64,000 bases of DNA from Bacteroidales bacterium (GCA_020201035.1 JAIVHO010000034.1:83577-147576), one strand, 5' to 3'. Counted from the first letter of the stretch, positions 9,847-20,790 are shown. Notes: generated from the sequence alone by a model not told the origin. Numbers and translations are program-made.

Positions 9847-10302
9847 ATGAATAAAATTACCATAAGGGAAGCTGTAAGGGAAGAGGCACCGGTCATTGCG
9901 GATTTTCAGGTGCTAATGGCAATGGAGACGGAAGGGTGCTCCCTCCGGCATGATATAATAATGAAAGGTGTAAAAGCAGTTTTTGAAGATCCGGCAAAAG
10001 GGCGATACTTTATTGCTGAAGAAGCCGGCAAGCCACTTGCGTCAATGCTTATCACACCGGAGTGGAGCGACTGGCGAAACTCTTTTGTATGGTGGTTCCA
10101 GTCGGTATACGTTATCCCGGAAGCCAGACGCAGGGGGATCTTCAGAATGATGTACAACCATGTGCGTGAAATGGCTGAAAAAGAGGGTGCGGCCGGACTC
10201 CGACTCTACGTAGAGGCTGAGAACAGCAGGGCACAGAAAACCTACGAAGCTATGGGCATGGATTCAACCCACTACAAGATGTACGAGTGGATGAGGGAAT
10301 AG
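9847..10302 (+). CDS. GNAT family N-acetyltransferase
   Basis: 151 aa; acetyl-CoA binding motif region VIPEARRRGIFRMMYNHV. Confidence 0.8.
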   Translation: MNKITIREAVREEAPVIADFQVLMAMETEGCSLRHDIIMKGVKAVFEDPAKGRYFIAEEAGKPLASMLITPEWSDWRNSFVWWFQSVYVIPEARRRGIFRMMYNHVREMAEKEGAAGLRLYVEAENSRAQKTYEAMGMDSTHYKMYEWMRE

Positions 10303-10313
10303 CATAGAGAGCA

Positions 10314-11117
10314 CTACCAGGCCTCACTGCCCCAGGCATTCCAGAGAAGAGTAATCCCTTTTTCTGTATCACTCCACACCTTATGCTCCTGCATTGGTCT
10401 TATATAGTAGGCTTCATTCTCCCTTAACTGGATGGTATCATTCCCGATTTTTGCAGTTCCGCTACCGCTCAGTATAACAAATGACTGGTTAAACGGATCC
10501 CTTTCTCCCGATTCATTGAGCATCTCTCCCCGGCCTATATGGTACCATGCGCTCCTGTAACCTACAGAATAGAAAAGTGCAACTGCATTACCCCCGTGTA
10601 CCTTGCGTGAATGCTCAATACCCAGCAAGGTTCTGTTCGCAGGATGAATATTGAAAAAGTTCCCCAGGGTATAATAAGCCCACTCCCAGTTAACCTTTCC
10701 AAGGGTCATTCCGTTGGCCAGAATAATATCCAGGGGAGCCGGTTCGGTAATATTTGCTCTGCCTACAGCCGTCATCCCACTCATCTCCCCACGGTAGATT
10801 CTGTTATAGGTATCCAGCGAGGCAGTAAATATCAGTACGGCATCCGGATGCATTCCTTCGTAAAGAGTGTAGTCGCCATCTGAAAAGACTATATACCGGT
10901 AGTGGTCACTGCCGGCAAGATGAAAATGGAGAGTATCACTGAAATCAGTGCCGTTTTTGTCACTGTAAGCCCCGGCCCAGTCGCACAGAATCTCTTCCAG
11001 CCTGTCAATATTAATAACGGAACTATTATCCGTGCCACTCAGGCCTGCATCACCCTGACCATTTATAAATATCAGGGTACTGAAAGCAACAAGTACAGAA
11101 ATAAGTAAGCGTTTCAT
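10314..11117 (-). CDS. secreted protein with an SCP2-like N-terminal region and a cupin-like C-terminal region
   Basis: Signal peptide MKRLLISVLVAFSTLIFING. The segment HFHLAGSDHYRYIVFSDGDYTLYEG...GEMSGMTAVGR resembles the SCP2 fold. The C-terminal VILSGSGTAKIGNDTIQLRENEAYYIRPMQEHKV is cupin-like. Confidence 0.5.
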   Translation of the reverse strand: MKRLLISVLVAFSTLIFINGQGDAGLSGTDNSSVINIDRLEEILCDWAGAYSDKNGTDFSDTLHFHLAGSDHYRYIVFSDGDYTLYEGMHPDAVLIFTASLDTYNRIYRGEMSGMTAVGRANITEPAPLDIILANGMTLGKVNWEWAYYTLGNFFNIHPANRTLLGIEHSRKVHGGNAVALFYSVGYRSAWYHIGRGEMLNESGERDPFNQSFVILSGSGTAKIGNDTIQLRENEAYYIRPMQEHKVWSDTEKGITLLWNAWGSEAW

Positions 11118-11189
11118 CTGTTCAAATATTTATTATTCTACAAATCTTTTTTTCTTATTATCAGCCGGGGCAGAGTACCGGTTACTGTT

Positions 11190-12017
11190 TTAAAGATCCT
11201 TCTTTCTTATTATCAGCCAGGTAAGAGTACCAAAAAGAAGGATATAGACCAGTGCCATTACCAGGTTGATATTCTGCGGCAACTGCCTGGGCAAGATTCC
11301 CAGTCCTTCAAAGGTCAGGGCTGAAGATGCCTCCTCTCCGGCCTGCGAGGCAAGCTGCAAAATTTCAGGAGTAGGTGTCAGGTGACTTATAATTTTAACA
11401 GGGAACCAGGGTCTGATTTCTGCCGGAGCCATAACCCTGATGACAGGCTCAATAACAATAAAATAAAGGAAAAACAGTATTATGGATAAAGCATTACTCC
11501 TGAGTAGTGTGACAAACAGCATACCGATAACCATATAACCTGTTGCCTGCAGGAAATATACCGGAAGCACTGAGATGCCGCTGAAAAGAGCCTTTAGTGT
11601 AAGATCCGGAGTCATGGCAAATCCGAATATCACAACCGTTAAGGTAACCATTATCACTCCTGTCAGGGCAAGGAACAGAATCAGGATGCCCTTACCTGCA
11701 AGCCATTCACTTCGGTCATATCCGTTCATTACCTGCTGCCTGAATGTACGGTGCTGAAACTCATTCCCTGTAACGGTTATTACAATTATTGAAAGGAAGA
11801 TATTGAACCAGCTTGCCACCCAGGCAAAGCTGCTCCAGTTATAGGGAAACCTGTATATGTTCCGCCATGAGAATCCCGGAACCGAGATATCGATCCGTGA
11901 GGAGGCAAATATCACAAGGAAAAAGAGCAGGGCAAGCAGTATTATCATAGTGCGTACAAATCCGTATGGAGCCACCTTGGCCCACTCTATCATGGCTATC
12001 TTCTTTAAACCTCTCAT
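11190..12017 (-). CDS. ABC-2 family transporter permease
   Basis: 275 aa with about 6 TM helices, immediately downstream of the ABC ATPase on the same strand. Confidence 0.7.
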   Translation of the reverse strand: MRGLKKIAMIEWAKVAPYGFVRTMIILLALLFFLVIFASSRIDISVPGFSWRNIYRFPYNWSSFAWVASWFNIFLSIIVITVTGNEFQHRTFRQQVMNGYDRSEWLAGKGILILFLALTGVIMVTLTVVIFGFAMTPDLTLKALFSGISVLPVYFLQATGYMVIGMLFVTLLRSNALSIILFFLYFIVIEPVIRVMAPAEIRPWFPVKIISHLTPTPEILQLASQAGEEASSALTFEGLGILPRQLPQNINLVMALVYILLFGTLTWLIIRKKDL

Positions 12018-12061
12018 ATTTATATTCTTTCTGTTCTGATATAATTTAAATCACCTCCGGA

Positions 12062-12949
12062 TTATTTTTCCCTGATAAGCTCCAGAAACTGCTCCTCCAG
12101 AGAGCTCTTCTTCACCTTCAGTTCAGACAGCATAATCCCATTCTCATATGCCACCCTGTTAACAGCAGCTGAGTCATAGCCCTCATTCAGGATTATCTCT
12201 GCCAGCGTCTCCTTTACTACCACAGAGGAAGCAATACCGGAGCTCTCAATGGCTCTTCCCAGTGCTGCAGGATCACCGGTGGAAGCAATAACCAATACCT
12301 CACCCTTCAGCAATTCATCCACCTTTCCGGCAGTAATCAGCTTCCCTCCCTTTAGAACAGCAACATGGGTACAGACTTTCTCCACTTCATCCAGTATATG
12401 GCTCGCCATAATAATGCTCTTTCCCCGTTCCCTCTGGAGAGAGACAATGCTTCTTACCTCTGCAATACCCTCTGGATCAAGGCCGTTAGCAGGTTCATCC
12501 AGTACCAGAACCTCAGGATCGCCCAGCAGAGCAGCAGCAATACCGAGCCTCTGCTTCATTCCCAGGGATAACTGAAAGTACCGTGAACTACGCCTTTTAA
12601 GCAGCCCTGTCTCCTCCAGCACCCTGTCAATATCTGTCAATGGAACCTCCTTTATTCTGGCTATCACCTCCAGGTTACGTGCAAGGGAGAGATAGGGGAA
12701 AAAGTTGGGTACCTCCAGCAGGCTGCCTATCCTCCTGTATACCTCAGGGGATGGCTTATTCCCGAACCATCTGAATGAACCGCTGTCGGCTTTCAGTACT
12801 GACAGCACTATTCCGAGAGTTGTGGTTTTGCCGCTTCCGTTTGGTCCCAGTATTCCATATGCCATTCCCTCTTCAACAGTGAATGAGATATTATCTGCAG
12901 CCCTTACAGCTCCGAAATTCCTGGAAATATTACTGGCTTCAAGAATCAT
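12062..12949 (-). CDS. ABC transporter ATP-binding protein (ABC-2 exporter type)
   Basis: Walker A GPNGSGKTT, signature LSLGMKQRLGIA, Walker B LVLDEPANGLD. Confidence 0.9.
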   Translation of the reverse strand: MILEASNISRNFGAVRAADNISFTVEEGMAYGILGPNGSGKTTTLGIVLSVLKADSGSFRWFGNKPSPEVYRRIGSLLEVPNFFPYLSLARNLEVIARIKEVPLTDIDRVLEETGLLKRRSSRYFQLSLGMKQRLGIAAALLGDPEVLVLDEPANGLDPEGIAEVRSIVSLQRERGKSIIMASHILDEVEKVCTHVAVLKGGKLITAGKVDELLKGEVLVIASTGDPAALGRAIESSGIASSVVVKETLAEIILNEGYDSAAVNRVAYENGIMLSELKVKKSSLEEQFLELIREK

Positions 12950-12992
12950 AAAATTGGTTTTTATTCAAAGACGGTGCATTTTCAGAAATGTT

Positions 12993-13022
12993 ACGGCCGG
13001 ACAAAAATATTTATCCGGCCGT
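12993..13022. terminator. GC-rich hairpin (acggccgga / tccggccgt) between the recQ stop and the ABC operon start
   Basis: 9-bp perfect stem with a 12-nt loop. The U-tract is weak on the minus strand, so function is uncertain. Confidence 0.3.
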
Positions 13023-13067
13023 ATATATCTACTCTTTTTTTTATATCATTAAGAGAGGGCAAAATTC

Positions 13068-15248
13068 TCAGTTTCCCATCTCAGAAAGAAATTTTATACG
13101 TACCAGCCTGATCTCCTCAAGTTCATAGTCATCACCCATCTCATCCATGGCTTCCTCGAGTGAGTCTGTTTCAGCTTCCTCCCGGAAATAGGTATAGATA
13201 TCCTCCTGGCGTTCATCATCTATTACCATATCTATATAATATGAAAGATCAAGCTTGGTTCCCGAATTGACTATGGTTTCTACCTCGGTAAGCAATTCTG
13301 ACATCTCCAGTCCTCTTGCGTCAGCAATATCATCAAGAGCTCTCTTGTTATCTATGCTCTTGATTATATATACTTTCAGTCCTGACTTGTTGACTACCGA
13401 TTTAACAACCATATCCTGGGGTCTTAATATCTCCTTTTCATCTACATACCTCTTTATTACCTCAATAAACCCCTCTCCGTAACGCTGCGCCTTTCCTGCT
13501 CCCACACCTGAGATATTCTGCAATTCTTCCATGGTAACAGGATACTGGATTGCCATATCCTCAAGCGAGGGATCCTGAAACAGCACAAATGGTGGCACAT
13601 TTTTATCCCTGGCCATCTTTTTACGCAAATCCTTCAGTATGGCAAAAAGCTCCTCGTCAACTGCTGCTGTGCTGCTGCCATATGCACCAGCCTCCTCAGC
13701 GTTCTCACCGTAGTCATGATCCTCGGTAAGCATAAAGGGACGGGGATTCTCAAGAAAATCCCTGCCACGGCCGGTCAGCTTCAAAAGGCCGTAGTTTTCA
13801 ATCTCCTTTACAATCAGCTTATCAATCAGTGACTGCCTGATAACCATATTCCAGAACTTTTCATCATGTTCATCGCCCGATCCGAAGATATCAAGCTTAT
13901 GATGTCTGTATGTTTTAACAGCAGAGTTGGCCACCCCGGAAAGAATTTTTGCAATATGATCAGCCTTGAACTTCTCCCTTACCTCATTGATAGCCGACAG
14001 CGCCTGTACAACGTACTCCTGTCCTTCAAACTCTCTTTTAGGATGAAGACAGTTGTCACATGACTCACAGTTGGAAGGTTTATACTCCTCCCCGAAATAG
14101 TGAAGCAGCAGTTTGCGCCGACAGACAGATGATTCAGCATATGATGCAGTCTCCAGCAGCAGTTGTCTTCCAATCTCCTGCTCATTAATAGGCTTGCCCT
14201 GCATAAACTTCTCCAGCTTCTGGATATCATTGTAGCTGTAGAAGGTAATACACCTGCCCTCGCTTCCATCCCTCCCTGCTCTTCCTGTCTCCTGATAATA
14301 TCCTTCAAGGCTCTTGGGGATATCATAATGGATTACAAACCTCACATCCGGCTTATCTATTCCCATCCCGAAAGCAATGGTAGCAACAATAACATCAGCC
14401 TCTTCCATCAGGAACTTATCCTGGTTACCCGACCGGGTGGCCGAATCCATTCCTGCATGGTAGGCAAGTGCCTTAATGCCGTTTACCTGAAGCGTCTGGG
14501 CCAGCTCTTCCACCTTCTTTCTGCTGAGACAGTATATAATACCTGATTTACCACTGTTCTGCTTGATATATTTAATGATCTCTCTGGTGGCATCAACCTT
14601 TGGCCTTACATCGTAATAGAGATTGGGCCTGTTAAATGAAGACTTGAACTCGCTGGCATCAAGAATACCCAGATTCTTCTGAATATCATGCTGAACCTTG
14701 GGAGTAGCTGTAGCGGTAAGTGCTATTATGGGTGCCCTTCCTATCCTGTCTATTATCGGCCTTATCCTCCTGTATTCAGGTCTGAAATCATGCCCCCACT
14801 CTGATATGCAGTGAGCTTCATCCACTGCATAAAAGGAGATAACTATCTTTTTCAGAAATTCAATATTCTCCTCCTTGGTAAGCGATTCAGGAGCCACATA
14901 TAACAATTTTGTTATACCTGACATCACATCTTCCTTAACCTTGGTGATGGCTGAACGTGTGAGTGAGGAATTCAGGAAATGGGCCACATCATCTTCAGTA
15001 CTGAAATTACGCATGGCATCAACCTGATTCTTCATAAGCGCAATAAGGGGAGAGATAACAATAGCCGTCCCTTCCATCATGACTGCGGGGAGCTGGTAAC
15101 ATAGCGACTTCCCTCCACCCGTTGGCATAAGCACAAAAGAATCCCCACCATCAAGCACATTCTTAATGATAGCCTCCTGGTTCCCTTTAAACGTGTTAAA
15201 TCCGAAATACCTCTTTAGGTATTCCGTTAATGAGCCTGAAAAATCCAT
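13068..15248 (-). CDS. recQ: ATP-dependent DNA helicase RecQ
   Basis: 726 aa; FGFNTFKGNQEAII, motif I MPTGGGKSLCYQLP, DEAH box (VDEAHCISEWGHDFRPEY), RQC Zn cluster (CRRKLLLHYFGE...C.SCDNC) and an HRDC domain. Confidence 0.96.
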   Translation of the reverse strand: MDFSGSLTEYLKRYFGFNTFKGNQEAIIKNVLDGGDSFVLMPTGGGKSLCYQLPAVMMEGTAIVISPLIALMKNQVDAMRNFSTEDDVAHFLNSSLTRSAITKVKEDVMSGITKLLYVAPESLTKEENIEFLKKIVISFYAVDEAHCISEWGHDFRPEYRRIRPIIDRIGRAPIIALTATATPKVQHDIQKNLGILDASEFKSSFNRPNLYYDVRPKVDATREIIKYIKQNSGKSGIIYCLSRKKVEELAQTLQVNGIKALAYHAGMDSATRSGNQDKFLMEEADVIVATIAFGMGIDKPDVRFVIHYDIPKSLEGYYQETGRAGRDGSEGRCITFYSYNDIQKLEKFMQGKPINEQEIGRQLLLETASYAESSVCRRKLLLHYFGEEYKPSNCESCDNCLHPKREFEGQEYVVQALSAINEVREKFKADHIAKILSGVANSAVKTYRHHKLDIFGSGDEHDEKFWNMVIRQSLIDKLIVKEIENYGLLKLTGRGRDFLENPRPFMLTEDHDYGENAEEAGAYGSSTAAVDEELFAILKDLRKKMARDKNVPPFVLFQDPSLEDMAIQYPVTMEELQNISGVGAGKAQRYGEGFIEVIKRYVDEKEILRPQDMVVKSVVNKSGLKVYIIKSIDNKRALDDIADARGLEMSELLTEVETIVNSGTKLDLSYYIDMVIDDERQEDIYTYFREEAETDSLEEAMDEMGDDYELEEIRLVRIKFLSEMGN

Positions 15249-15490
15249 TCCTATCCAATTATCCGTACCGGATCGCGCCGGTGATACATAAGTATAAATA
15301 TACCAATATTTTCGTTATTGAACAACCCGTTAACAAAAAGTGATATATATTACATAAGGAGGAAAAAGGTTTTTCTCCGGCCTGCCATGATCCCCCTGAA
15401 GGCACTTGTTTTGATAAAATTGTTTTCTCATCTTTACACACTTAAATCGCGTCGGAAAGGGCTTACCGGGACTTTAGCATATTAACCATA

Positions 15491-16327
15491 ATGACATCAA
15501 AACAAAAAAAGGACAAAAAGAACCAGGATGAAATGTCATTCCTGGAGCACCTTGAAGAGTTACGCTGGCATATAGTGAGGTCTGTGCTGGCAATATTTTT
15601 AATTGCGATTGTCGCCTTTATCTATCATGAAACCATTTTTGACAGCCTGATTCTGGCTCCTAAAAATCCGGGGTTCCTGACTAACCGTATCCTGTGCGAA
15701 TTTGGTGAAAGAGTCAATGTTCCTGCGCTCTGCATTAACAACAATCCGTTCGAGATTATCAACATTAAAATGGCGGGGCAGTTTACAACACATATTACCG
15801 TCTCGCTCATTGCAGGAATAATACTTGCCTTTCCCTATATTTTCTACGAATTCTGGCTCTTCTTTAAGCCTGCACTCTACAGCAGTGAGAAACAGCATGC
15901 AAGGGGTGCGGTTTTTTTTGCATCGTTCCTCTTCACCCTGGGAGTATTGTTCGGCTACCTGATAATAGTTCCCCTGAGTGTCCATTTCCTGGGATCCTAT
16001 AATGTGAGTGCCGAGGTAACCAACCAGATTAACCTGAGATCCTATATCGGAACAGTTACCTCAATTACACTTGCAAGCGGACTGATATTTGAACTGCCGA
16101 TAATTTCATACTTCCTTACCAGAATAGGTCTTATTGACCCCGCCTTCCTGAGGAAATACCGCAAACACTCCCTGATTGTAATACTTGCCCTGGCAGCAAT
16201 AATAACCCCTCCCGATATATTCAGCCAGATTCTGGTGTGTATACCCCTCCTCTTTCTTTACGAATTAGGTATTATGATATCCGGCAGGGTTATTGCTAAG
16301 GAAAAGGCAAGACTCAGTGAAGAGTAA
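15491..16327 (+). CDS. tatC: twin-arginine translocase subunit TatC
   Basis: MSFLEHLEELRWHIVRS N-terminal signature and 6 TM helices. Confidence 0.9.
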   Translation: MTSKQKKDKKNQDEMSFLEHLEELRWHIVRSVLAIFLIAIVAFIYHETIFDSLILAPKNPGFLTNRILCEFGERVNVPALCINNNPFEIINIKMAGQFTTHITVSLIAGIILAFPYIFYEFWLFFKPALYSSEKQHARGAVFFASFLFTLGVLFGYLIIVPLSVHFLGSYNVSAEVTNQINLRSYIGTVTSITLASGLIFELPIISYFLTRIGLIDPAFLRKYRKHSLIVILALAAIITPPDIFSQILVCIPLLFLYELGIMISGRVIAKEKARLSEE

Positions 16328-16360
16328 AATATAAGATCTTACGGCACAATAATTAATAAG

Positions 16361-17086
16361 ATGAAGCTTCATACAGACAACCTTGTAAAGAAATACCGCA
16401 ACGTTACGGTTGTTGATCATGTTTCAGTTGAGGTGAAGCAGGGTGAAATTGTGGGCCTTCTGGGACCCAACGGGGCCGGAAAAACCACTACTTTTTATAT
16501 GATAGTGGGGTTGATAACTGCAAACGAGGGAAGGATCTTTCTGGACGAAACAGACATTACTTCTCTACCTGTTTATAAGAGGGCCCGACTCGGTATAGGA
16601 TACCTTGCACAGGAAGCATCTGTCTTCAGAAAATTAACTGTGGAGGATAACCTGCTTGCCGTGCTGGAGATGTCAGGACTGCCGCGAATTCAGCAGAAGG
16701 AGCGTACAGAACAACTTCTGAAGGAGTTCGGACTGGCAAGAATCAGGAAATCACTCGGGATACAGCTCTCCGGTGGCGAACGCAGAAGAACGGAGATAGC
16801 AAGGGCCCTGGCCCTGAAACCAAACTTTATCCTGCTTGATGAACCCTTTGCCGGTGTTGACCCCATTGCAGTGGAGGATATTCAGGAGATAGTCTCCCAT
16901 CTGAAAGAGAGAAATATAGGTATTCTTATTACCGATCATAACGTTCACGAAACACTTACAATCACCGACAGAGCCTACCTGCTCTTTGAAGGCAAAATCC
17001 TTAAGTCGGGTACCGCCGATCAACTCGCTGCCGACGAGCAGGTTAGGAAAGTGTACCTGGGGAAAAACTTTGAACTCAGAAGGTAA
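16361..17086 (+). CDS. lptB: LPS export ABC transporter ATP-binding protein
   Basis: 241 aa; [43 protein letters not shown] and [10 protein letters not shown] are typical of LptB. Confidence 0.9.
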   Translation: MKLHTDNLVKKYRNVTVVDHVSVEVKQGEIVGLLGPNGAGKTTTFYMIVGLITANEGRIFLDETDITSLPVYKRARLGIGYLAQEASVFRKLTVEDNLLAVLEMSGLPRIQQKERTEQLLKEFGLARIRKSLGIQLSGGERRRTEIARALALKPNFILLDEPFAGVDPIAVEDIQEIVSHLKERNIGILITDHNVHETLTITDRAYLLFEGKILKSGTADQLAADEQVRKVYLGKNFELRR

Positions 17087-17117
17087 CCGTATACTTGTAT
17101 AATCAAATTTTTATTAA

Positions 17118-17125
17118 TACTTTTG
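17118..17125 (+). promoter_or_regulatory. -7 promoter box TACTTTTG upstream of tRNA-Leu
   Basis: TAnnTTTG match whose last base lies 14 nt upstream of the tRNA 5' end. Confidence 0.45.
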
Positions 17126-17138
17126 CGGTGAATTTCAG

Positions 17139-17220
17139 GCGGATGTGTCGTAATTGGTAGCCGAGCTAGACTTAGGATCTAGTGCCTTCGGGCGTGGGGG
17201 TTCGAGTCCCTTCATCCGCA
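17139..17220 (+). tRNA. tRNA-Leu (anticodon UAG), class II with a long variable arm
   Basis: Hand fold: acceptor GCGGATG/CATCCGC; anticodon stem CTAGA/TCTAG with loop CTTAGGA; variable arm TGCCTTCGGGCGT; T-loop TTCGAGT; discriminator A. No encoded CCA. Confidence 0.85.
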
Positions 17221-17231
17221 CAGGATTATTG

Positions 17232-17272
17232 ACCGCTTAACGGGGTGGAATTCCGCAGTTAGGCGGTTTTTT
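17232..17272 (+). terminator. rho-independent terminator after tRNA-Leu
   Basis: 10-bp stem accgcttaac/gttaggcggt (one G-U pair) followed by TTTTTT. Confidence 0.6.
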
Positions 17273-17293
17273 AACTAAAAAAAGAACAGATTG

Positions 17294-18640
17294 ATGAACA
17301 TCACAAGAGAAAACATTGATGATCTTAATGCCATTATCAGGGTTGAGATAAAAAAAGAGGATTTTGAGGATAAGGTAACCTCCGTACTGAAGGATTATAA
17401 GAAAAAGTCGAATCTCAAGGGATTCAGGCCCGGGAATGCTCCGATAGGACTGATTAAAAAATTGTACGGTGATGCCGTTATGGCCGAAGAGGTAAACAAG
17501 CTTGTGTCAGAGTCGCTCACTGAATATATCAGGAGTGAAAATCTGGAGATACTCGGCGAACCCCTTCCATCTGAACAGAACACCCTTGATATGTCCGGGG
17601 CTGACGCACTGGAGTTTGCTTTCGAGGTTGGACTGACACCCTCTTTCGAGATTAAACTTAATGAGAAAACCAAACTTCCCTGGTATGAGATCACCATTGA
17701 TGACAAACTGCGAAGGGAGTTTCTTGAAAACTATACCAGACGCTATGGTAAGTATGAAGAGGCGGAAACAGTTGAGGAGGAGGATCTTGTAAAAGCCGAT
17801 ATATCCCAGCTGGATGAGGACGGCAACATTCAGGAAAATGGCCTGAGCGCTCAGAACTCAACTATGAGCATTGCAATTATAAAGGATAAGGATTTTAAGA
17901 AAAAAGTTGCCGGCAGCAGGGTGGGTGACGAAATAGATTTTAATATTGATACTGCATATCCCAATGACCATGAAAAATCAGGTCTGCTTCAGGTAGACAA
18001 AGAGAGAGCCGGTGAGATTACAGGGATGTTCAGGGTAAAGATTACTGCCATCAACAGGTTCAGTCATGCTGAACTTAACCAGGAGCTGTTTGACCAGGTA
18101 TACGGTGAAGGTGTTATTGCGGGTGAAGAGGAGTTTATGAAAAAGCTTGAAGAGGAGATAAGAACCAACCTCAACAGGGAAAGCGATTTTAAACTAAACC
18201 TCGATGCCAGACAGCTTGCCCTTGATAAAACAAAGATCAATCTGCCAGAGGAGTTCCTGAAAAGATGGCTCGCAAAAGCAAACAGTGAAATTTCAGCTGA
18301 GGATATTGAGAAGGATTTTCCCCGTTTTCTTGAAGACCTGAGGTGGCAGATAATCAAAAACCGCATTGCCTCTGAGAACGAATTGAAGATTGAACCTGAA
18401 GAGCTGATGACGGAGGCCAGAAATTACACACGTGCACAGTTCAGGCAATACGGACTCTACTATGCCGCAGATGAACAGATTGATCAGTTTGCAGGCGAGA
18501 TGCTGAAACGTGAAGAGGACTACAGAAAGATTGCCGAGCAGGTTCTGGAGGTGAAAGTGATGAATACCATCAGGGATATGGTAAAGGTAGAAACCAAAAA
18601 AGTAACATCGGAGGAATTTAATAAGATTGTTACGGGTTAA
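17294..18640 (+). CDS. tig: trigger factor
   Basis: About 448 aa in the canonical tig-clpP-clpX order. The ORF-track start at 17291 is TTG; an ATG follows at 17294. Confidence 0.9.
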   Translation: MNITRENIDDLNAIIRVEIKKEDFEDKVTSVLKDYKKKSNLKGFRPGNAPIGLIKKLYGDAVMAEEVNKLVSESLTEYIRSENLEILGEPLPSEQNTLDMSGADALEFAFEVGLTPSFEIKLNEKTKLPWYEITIDDKLRREFLENYTRRYGKYEEAETVEEEDLVKADISQLDEDGNIQENGLSAQNSTMSIAIIKDKDFKKKVAGSRVGDEIDFNIDTAYPNDHEKSGLLQVDKERAGEITGMFRVKITAINRFSHAELNQELFDQVYGEGVIAGEEEFMKKLEEEIRTNLNRESDFKLNLDARQLALDKTKINLPEEFLKRWLAKANSEISAEDIEKDFPRFLEDLRWQIIKNRIASENELKIEPEELMTEARNYTRAQFRQYGLYYAADEQIDQFAGEMLKREEDYRKIAEQVLEVKVMNTIRDMVKVETKKVTSEEFNKIVTG

Positions 18641-18670
18641 ATAAACAAAAGCTCTGAAGCTATTATTTTA

Positions 18671-18678
18671 TATCTTTG
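18671..18678 (+). promoter_or_regulatory. -7 promoter box TATCTTTG upstream of clpP
   Basis: TAnnTTTG match 27 nt upstream of the ATG at 18705. Confidence 0.4.
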
Positions 18679-18704
18679 ACAGATAACAACAAAAATTGCA
18701 AAAC

Positions 18705-19379
18705 ATGGCACAGGACGATTTTAAGAAGTTTGCAAGGGATAAAGCCGGCATAAGCAGCCTCAGGCTCGAACAGTACAGCTCAATTCACAGCAGCTATATC
18801 TCCCCTACAATCATTGAGGAGAGACAGTTAAATATTGCATCAATGGATGTATTTTCAAGGTTGATGATGGACCGGATAATATTTCTGGGGCTGCCCATTG
18901 ACGACTATGTGGCAAATATTATTCAGGCACAGCTGCTATACCTTGACTCAGTGGATTCAGAAAAGGATATACAGATCTACTTCAATACTCCGGGCGGATC
19001 AGTTCATGCCGGCCTCGGAATATATGACACCATGCAGTACATCTCAGCCCAGGTGGCAACTATCTGTACAGGAATGGCAGCCTCTATGGGAGCAGTACTG
19101 CTTACCGCCGGTCAGCCGGGCAAAAGGTCAGCCCTCAAACATTCAAGGATTATGATTCATCAGCCTATGGGTGGTGCACAGGGTCAGGCTATTGACATCG
19201 AAATAACAGCACGTGAAATCATCAAGCTCCGGAACGAGTTATACCAGATAATTGCTGATCATTCAGGCAATACCGTAGAGAAAGTTGAGAAGGACTCAGA
19301 CAGGGATTTCTGGATGACATCGGCTGAAGCAAAGGCCTATGGCATGATTGATGAAGTGCTGACAAGAGAAAAAAAGTAA
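18705..19379 (+). CDS. clpP: ATP-dependent Clp protease proteolytic subunit
   Basis: Catalytic Ser context CTGMAASMGAVLL and His context IMIHQPMGG. The track start at 18696 is TTG; ATG at 18705 is the likely start. Confidence 0.95.
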   Translation: MAQDDFKKFARDKAGISSLRLEQYSSIHSSYISPTIIEERQLNIASMDVFSRLMMDRIIFLGLPIDDYVANIIQAQLLYLDSVDSEKDIQIYFNTPGGSVHAGLGIYDTMQYISAQVATICTGMAASMGAVLLTAGQPGKRSALKHSRIMIHQPMGGAQGQAIDIEITAREIIKLRNELYQIIADHSGNTVEKVEKDSDRDFWMTSAEAKAYGMIDEVLTREKK

Positions 19380-19385
19380 TTGGAA

Positions 19386-20600
19386 ATGGACAAGTGCTCA
19401 TTCTGCGGAAGAACAAAGAAAGAGGCTAACCTTCTTATCGCCGGTCTCGACGGACATATATGTGACAGCTGCATTGAGCAGGCTCACTCCATAGTGCTGG
19501 AGGAACTCGGTTCAAAATCAAACTTCACCCTCGAAGGGATCAAGCTGCTTAAGCCCACCGAGATAAAGGATTTTCTCGACCAGTATGTTATAGGTCAGGA
19601 AGATGCGAAGAAGTACCTTTCGGTAGCTGTATACAACCATTACAAGAGACTTATGCAGCCCACCGGCACAGGTGATATTGAAATCGAGAAATCAAATATT
19701 ATACTGGTAGGCGAAACGGGTACCGGTAAAACCCTTCTTGCAAAAACCATTGCAAAGATGCTTCACGTACCATTTACCATTGTGGATGCAACGGTACTTA
19801 CCGAAGCTGGCTATGTGGGTGAAGATATTGAAAGCCTTCTTACCAGGCTGCTGCAGAGCGCCGATTATGATGTAAAGGCAGCTGAACGGGGTATAGTATT
19901 TATTGATGAGATAGATAAAATAGCCCGTAAGGGAGATAATCCATCAATCACAAGGGATGTTTCGGGTGAGGGTGTGCAGCAGGGACTGCTTAAACTTCTG
20001 GAGGGAGCTGTGGTAAATGTTCCGCCCCAGGGAGGAAGGAAACACCCCGAGCAGAAGATGATTGCCGTTGACACCAAGAATATATTGTTTATCTGCGGAG
20101 GAGCCTTTGACGGAATTGAGAAAAAAATAGCCAACAGGCTCAATACACAGATTGTAGGTTATAACGCCACAGCCAGCAGGGAACGTATCGACAAGGACAA
20201 TCTGCTTCAGTATATTGCTCCGCAGGATCTTAAATCGTTCGGACTTATTCCTGAAATAATCGGAAGGCTGCCGGTACTGACCTATCTTCATCCGCTCGAC
20301 AGTGGTGCACTGCGTAAAATCCTGACAGAGCCCAAAAATGCTATAACAAAGCAGTATATCAAGCTCCTTAAGATGGATGATATTGATCTCACTTTCGCCG
20401 AGGAGGCACTTGATTATATGGTTGAGAAGGCCGTGGAATATAAACTGGGAGCAAGGGGATTAAGATCAATATGCGAGGCAATAATGATTGATGCCATGTT
20501 TGAACTGCCAGGAAAGAACCGCAAAAAGCTTAAGATAACTCCAGACTATGCATCCCGCAAACTGGAGAAGGCTGACCTGAGAGTATTAAAAGCATCATAG
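19386..20600 (+). CDS. clpX: ATP-dependent Clp protease ATP-binding subunit ClpX
   Basis: N-terminal zinc finger CSFCGR...HICDSC, Walker [14 protein letters not shown], Walker [14 protein letters not shown] alternative start lies at 19380. Confidence 0.95.
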   Translation: MDKCSFCGRTKKEANLLIAGLDGHICDSCIEQAHSIVLEELGSKSNFTLEGIKLLKPTEIKDFLDQYVIGQEDAKKYLSVAVYNHYKRLMQPTGTGDIEIEKSNIILVGETGTGKTLLAKTIAKMLHVPFTIVDATVLTEAGYVGEDIESLLTRLLQSADYDVKAAERGIVFIDEIDKIARKGDNPSITRDVSGEGVQQGLLKLLEGAVVNVPPQGGRKHPEQKMIAVDTKNILFICGGAFDGIEKKIANRLNTQIVGYNATASRERIDKDNLLQYIAPQDLKSFGLIPEIIGRLPVLTYLHPLDSGALRKILTEPKNAITKQYIKLLKMDDIDLTFAEEALDYMVEKAVEYKLGARGLRSICEAIMIDAMFELPGKNRKKLKITPDYASRKLEKADLRVLKAS

Positions 20601-20697
20601 TCACTGACACAAGTTATCCGTCAGAATAAATTGGGCCGGAGGATAATACAGTAAAGAAATAAAGTTTAATGCCCATGCCGGGCGCACCCCCAAAAAA

Positions 20698-20726
20698 GGG
20701 CCGGAAAAGATTTCCGGCCCTTTTGT
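20698..20726. terminator. rho-independent, probably bidirectional, terminator after clpX
   Basis: Stem gggccggaaa / tttccggccc with A-run before and TTTT after. Confidence 0.75.
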
Positions 20727-20790
20727 AATCCCGCCTGTACTGGCCTTACTGAATCCATCGCTTCTGCCTGCAGGCCACGAACAGACAATA

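Noticed and set aside
13979-14546. Overlapping 115-aa and 127-aa ORFs inside recQ
   Set aside because: They are alternative-frame or antisense ORFs within a gene whose own frame carries all the helicase motifs.
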